Source of the DNA: a virus
Virus record (IMG/VR): IMGVR_UViG_3300029566_000146
Span: 1-5,290 of that record
Strand: one strand, 5' to 3'
DNA length: 5,290 nucleotides
The notes beneath the pieces are model-generated. The model saw only the letters and a program-made list of their open reading frames with translations, searched no databases and was not told the origin of the DNA. Positions 4,648-5,290 of the stretch are shown here, in pieces (positions within the stretch are counted from its first letter, which is position 1; each line of letters opens with the position of its first letter). The position numbers were made by a program, and so were the translations under genes.

Positions 4648-4695
4648 GAGAAAACGCCGCCGACCATTTTAATGGTCGGCGACGTTTTCTCATTT
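4648..4695 (+). terminator. Strong rho-independent terminator after the coat gene
   Basis: Positions 4648-4667 pair with 4672-4691, giving 19 bp with one C-A mismatch at 4657/4682. The GC-rich core is CGCCGCCGACC/GGTCGGCGACG. It is followed by TTTTCTCATTT starting at 4685. Confidence 0.75.
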
Positions 4696-4712
4696 AGAAA
4701 GGATTATATGTT

Positions 4713-5290
4713 ATGCTTTATGGTATTCTTCTCTTTTGTATTTGCTGGCTTTTTGTATATATCGATAATTATTGCAAAAACCCCTACAAGCTGGAGGCTG
4801 TTGTTGGTTCGAAAGGTTCTGGCAAGTCTCTGTATATGTCTCGTGTTGCTGATAAGTGGCTACGTGCTAATAAGGGGCTTATCTATAGTAATATGGGTAT
4901 TGGTTATGAGTTAGAGCCTGAATACTGGAAACAAACCTTCATCCCTGATTCCCTTATTCTTATTGATGAGATAGGTGTGCTGCACTCTAATCGTGATTTT
5001 AAAACTATGCCCCGTGAAGCTGTCGAGTTTTTCAAGATGCAGCGCAAGTATCATTTGACGATTATTGTATCGTCTCAGACCATGGACTTTGATAAAAAGA
5101 TACGTGACCTCTGTGACCGTATTTATCTCTGCAACCGTATTGGCTGGTTCTGCCGTCTTACTCCCTATCGCTCTTGTATCGCTATGGAACATCGCCCCGA
5201 GGGAGGGCAAGAACTGGTCAACACGGTGCGCAAGGCAGGGCGGGCAAGGTGGTATACTATCCCCAAGTCCGTGAAGCAGGTAAGTACCTT
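4713..5290 (+). CDS. Zot / pI-family filamentous phage assembly ATPase, 3'-truncated by the window edge
   Basis: Missing from the ORF track because there is no stop in the window. My own frame-3 translation is open from ATG 4713 (in-frame TAG at 4695-4697, AAAGGA at 4698-4703) to 5290. Walker A is GSKGSGKS (4806-4829) and Walker B is LILIDE (4953-4970). The sequence is colinear with M13 pI as I recall it: GKLGSGKT, LLVLDECGTWFNTRSW versus LILIDEIGVLHSNRDF, and IIFLVQDLSIVDKQAR versus TIIVSSQTMDFDKKIR. Confidence 0.9.
   Translation, partial: MLYGILLFCICWLFVYIDNYCKNPYKLEAVVGSKGSGKSLYMSRVADKWLRANKGLIYSNMGIGYELEPEYWKQTFIPDSLILIDEIGVLHSNRDFKTMPREAVEFFKMQRKYHLTIIVSSQTMDFDKKIRDLCDRIYLCNRIGWFCRLTPYRSCIAMEHRPEGGQELVNTVRKAGRARWYTIPKSVKQVST

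Noticed and set aside
4356-4667. Minus-strand 103-aa ORF
   Set aside because: It is antisense to the small hydrophobic gene and the coat gene. Its start codon lies inside the terminator hairpin. It has no Shine-Dalgarno site, and every other phage gene is on the + strand.
4690-4730. XerCD/dif-like integration site in the AT-rich stretch GGATTATATGTTATGC
   Set aside because: It has only a loose resemblance to the TATATTATGT core of dif sites, with no recognisable flanking XerC and XerD arms. The stretch is already explained as the Shine-Dalgarno site and start region of the Zot-like gene.
4672-5274. ORFs 4672-4914 (+), 4911-5210 (-) and 5065-5274 (+)
   Set aside because: The first starts in the loop of the terminator hairpin and then overlaps the Zot-like frame. 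The other two overlap the Zot-like CDS, whose Walker A and B motifs and colinearity with pI identify the true frame.
1-5290. CRISPR arrays, rRNA, transposase or IS ends, integrase, toxin-antitoxin pairs
   Set aside because: I found no regularly spaced direct repeats of CRISPR size, no rRNA-like segments, no terminal inverted repeats flanking an ORF, and no ORF with recombinase-like motifs on either strand.

Overview
Most of the window (about 570 to 5290) is one compact block of + strand genes with mostly T-ending codons. It looks like a filamentous ssDNA phage (inovirus-like, Gram-positive type). The order is: consensus promoter, Rep_trans-type rolling-circle initiator, gene-V-like ssDNA-binding protein, a hairpin plus a complete tRNA-Gln(CUG) gene, and a 395-aa secreted, C-terminally anchored protein (candidate adsorption protein). 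Next come translationally coupled small membrane proteins that the ORF track missed, a 203-aa tail-anchored protein, a Pf3-like candidate major coat protein, a strong terminator, and a Zot/pI-type assembly ATPase. The ATPase runs off the 3' end, which is why the ORF track lacks it. The left 560 bp differ. They hold a bidirectional terminator and a minus-strand 78-aa orphan gene with C-ending codon preference. That gene is driven by a consensus promoter embedded in a 10-bp-phased CTAT/ATAG array. A 150-bp, 64% GC hairpin-rich non-coding island follows, ending in a terminator-like hairpin just upstream of the Rep promoter. No CRISPR array, rRNA, transposase or integrase is visible. The points most worth follow-up are the tRNA inside such a small phage module, the GC-rich island (origin, packaging signal, att junction or sRNA), the phased operator array, and the ambiguous start of the coat gene. 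All functional calls rest on motif recognition from memory, gene order and sequence architecture, and none was checked against a database.
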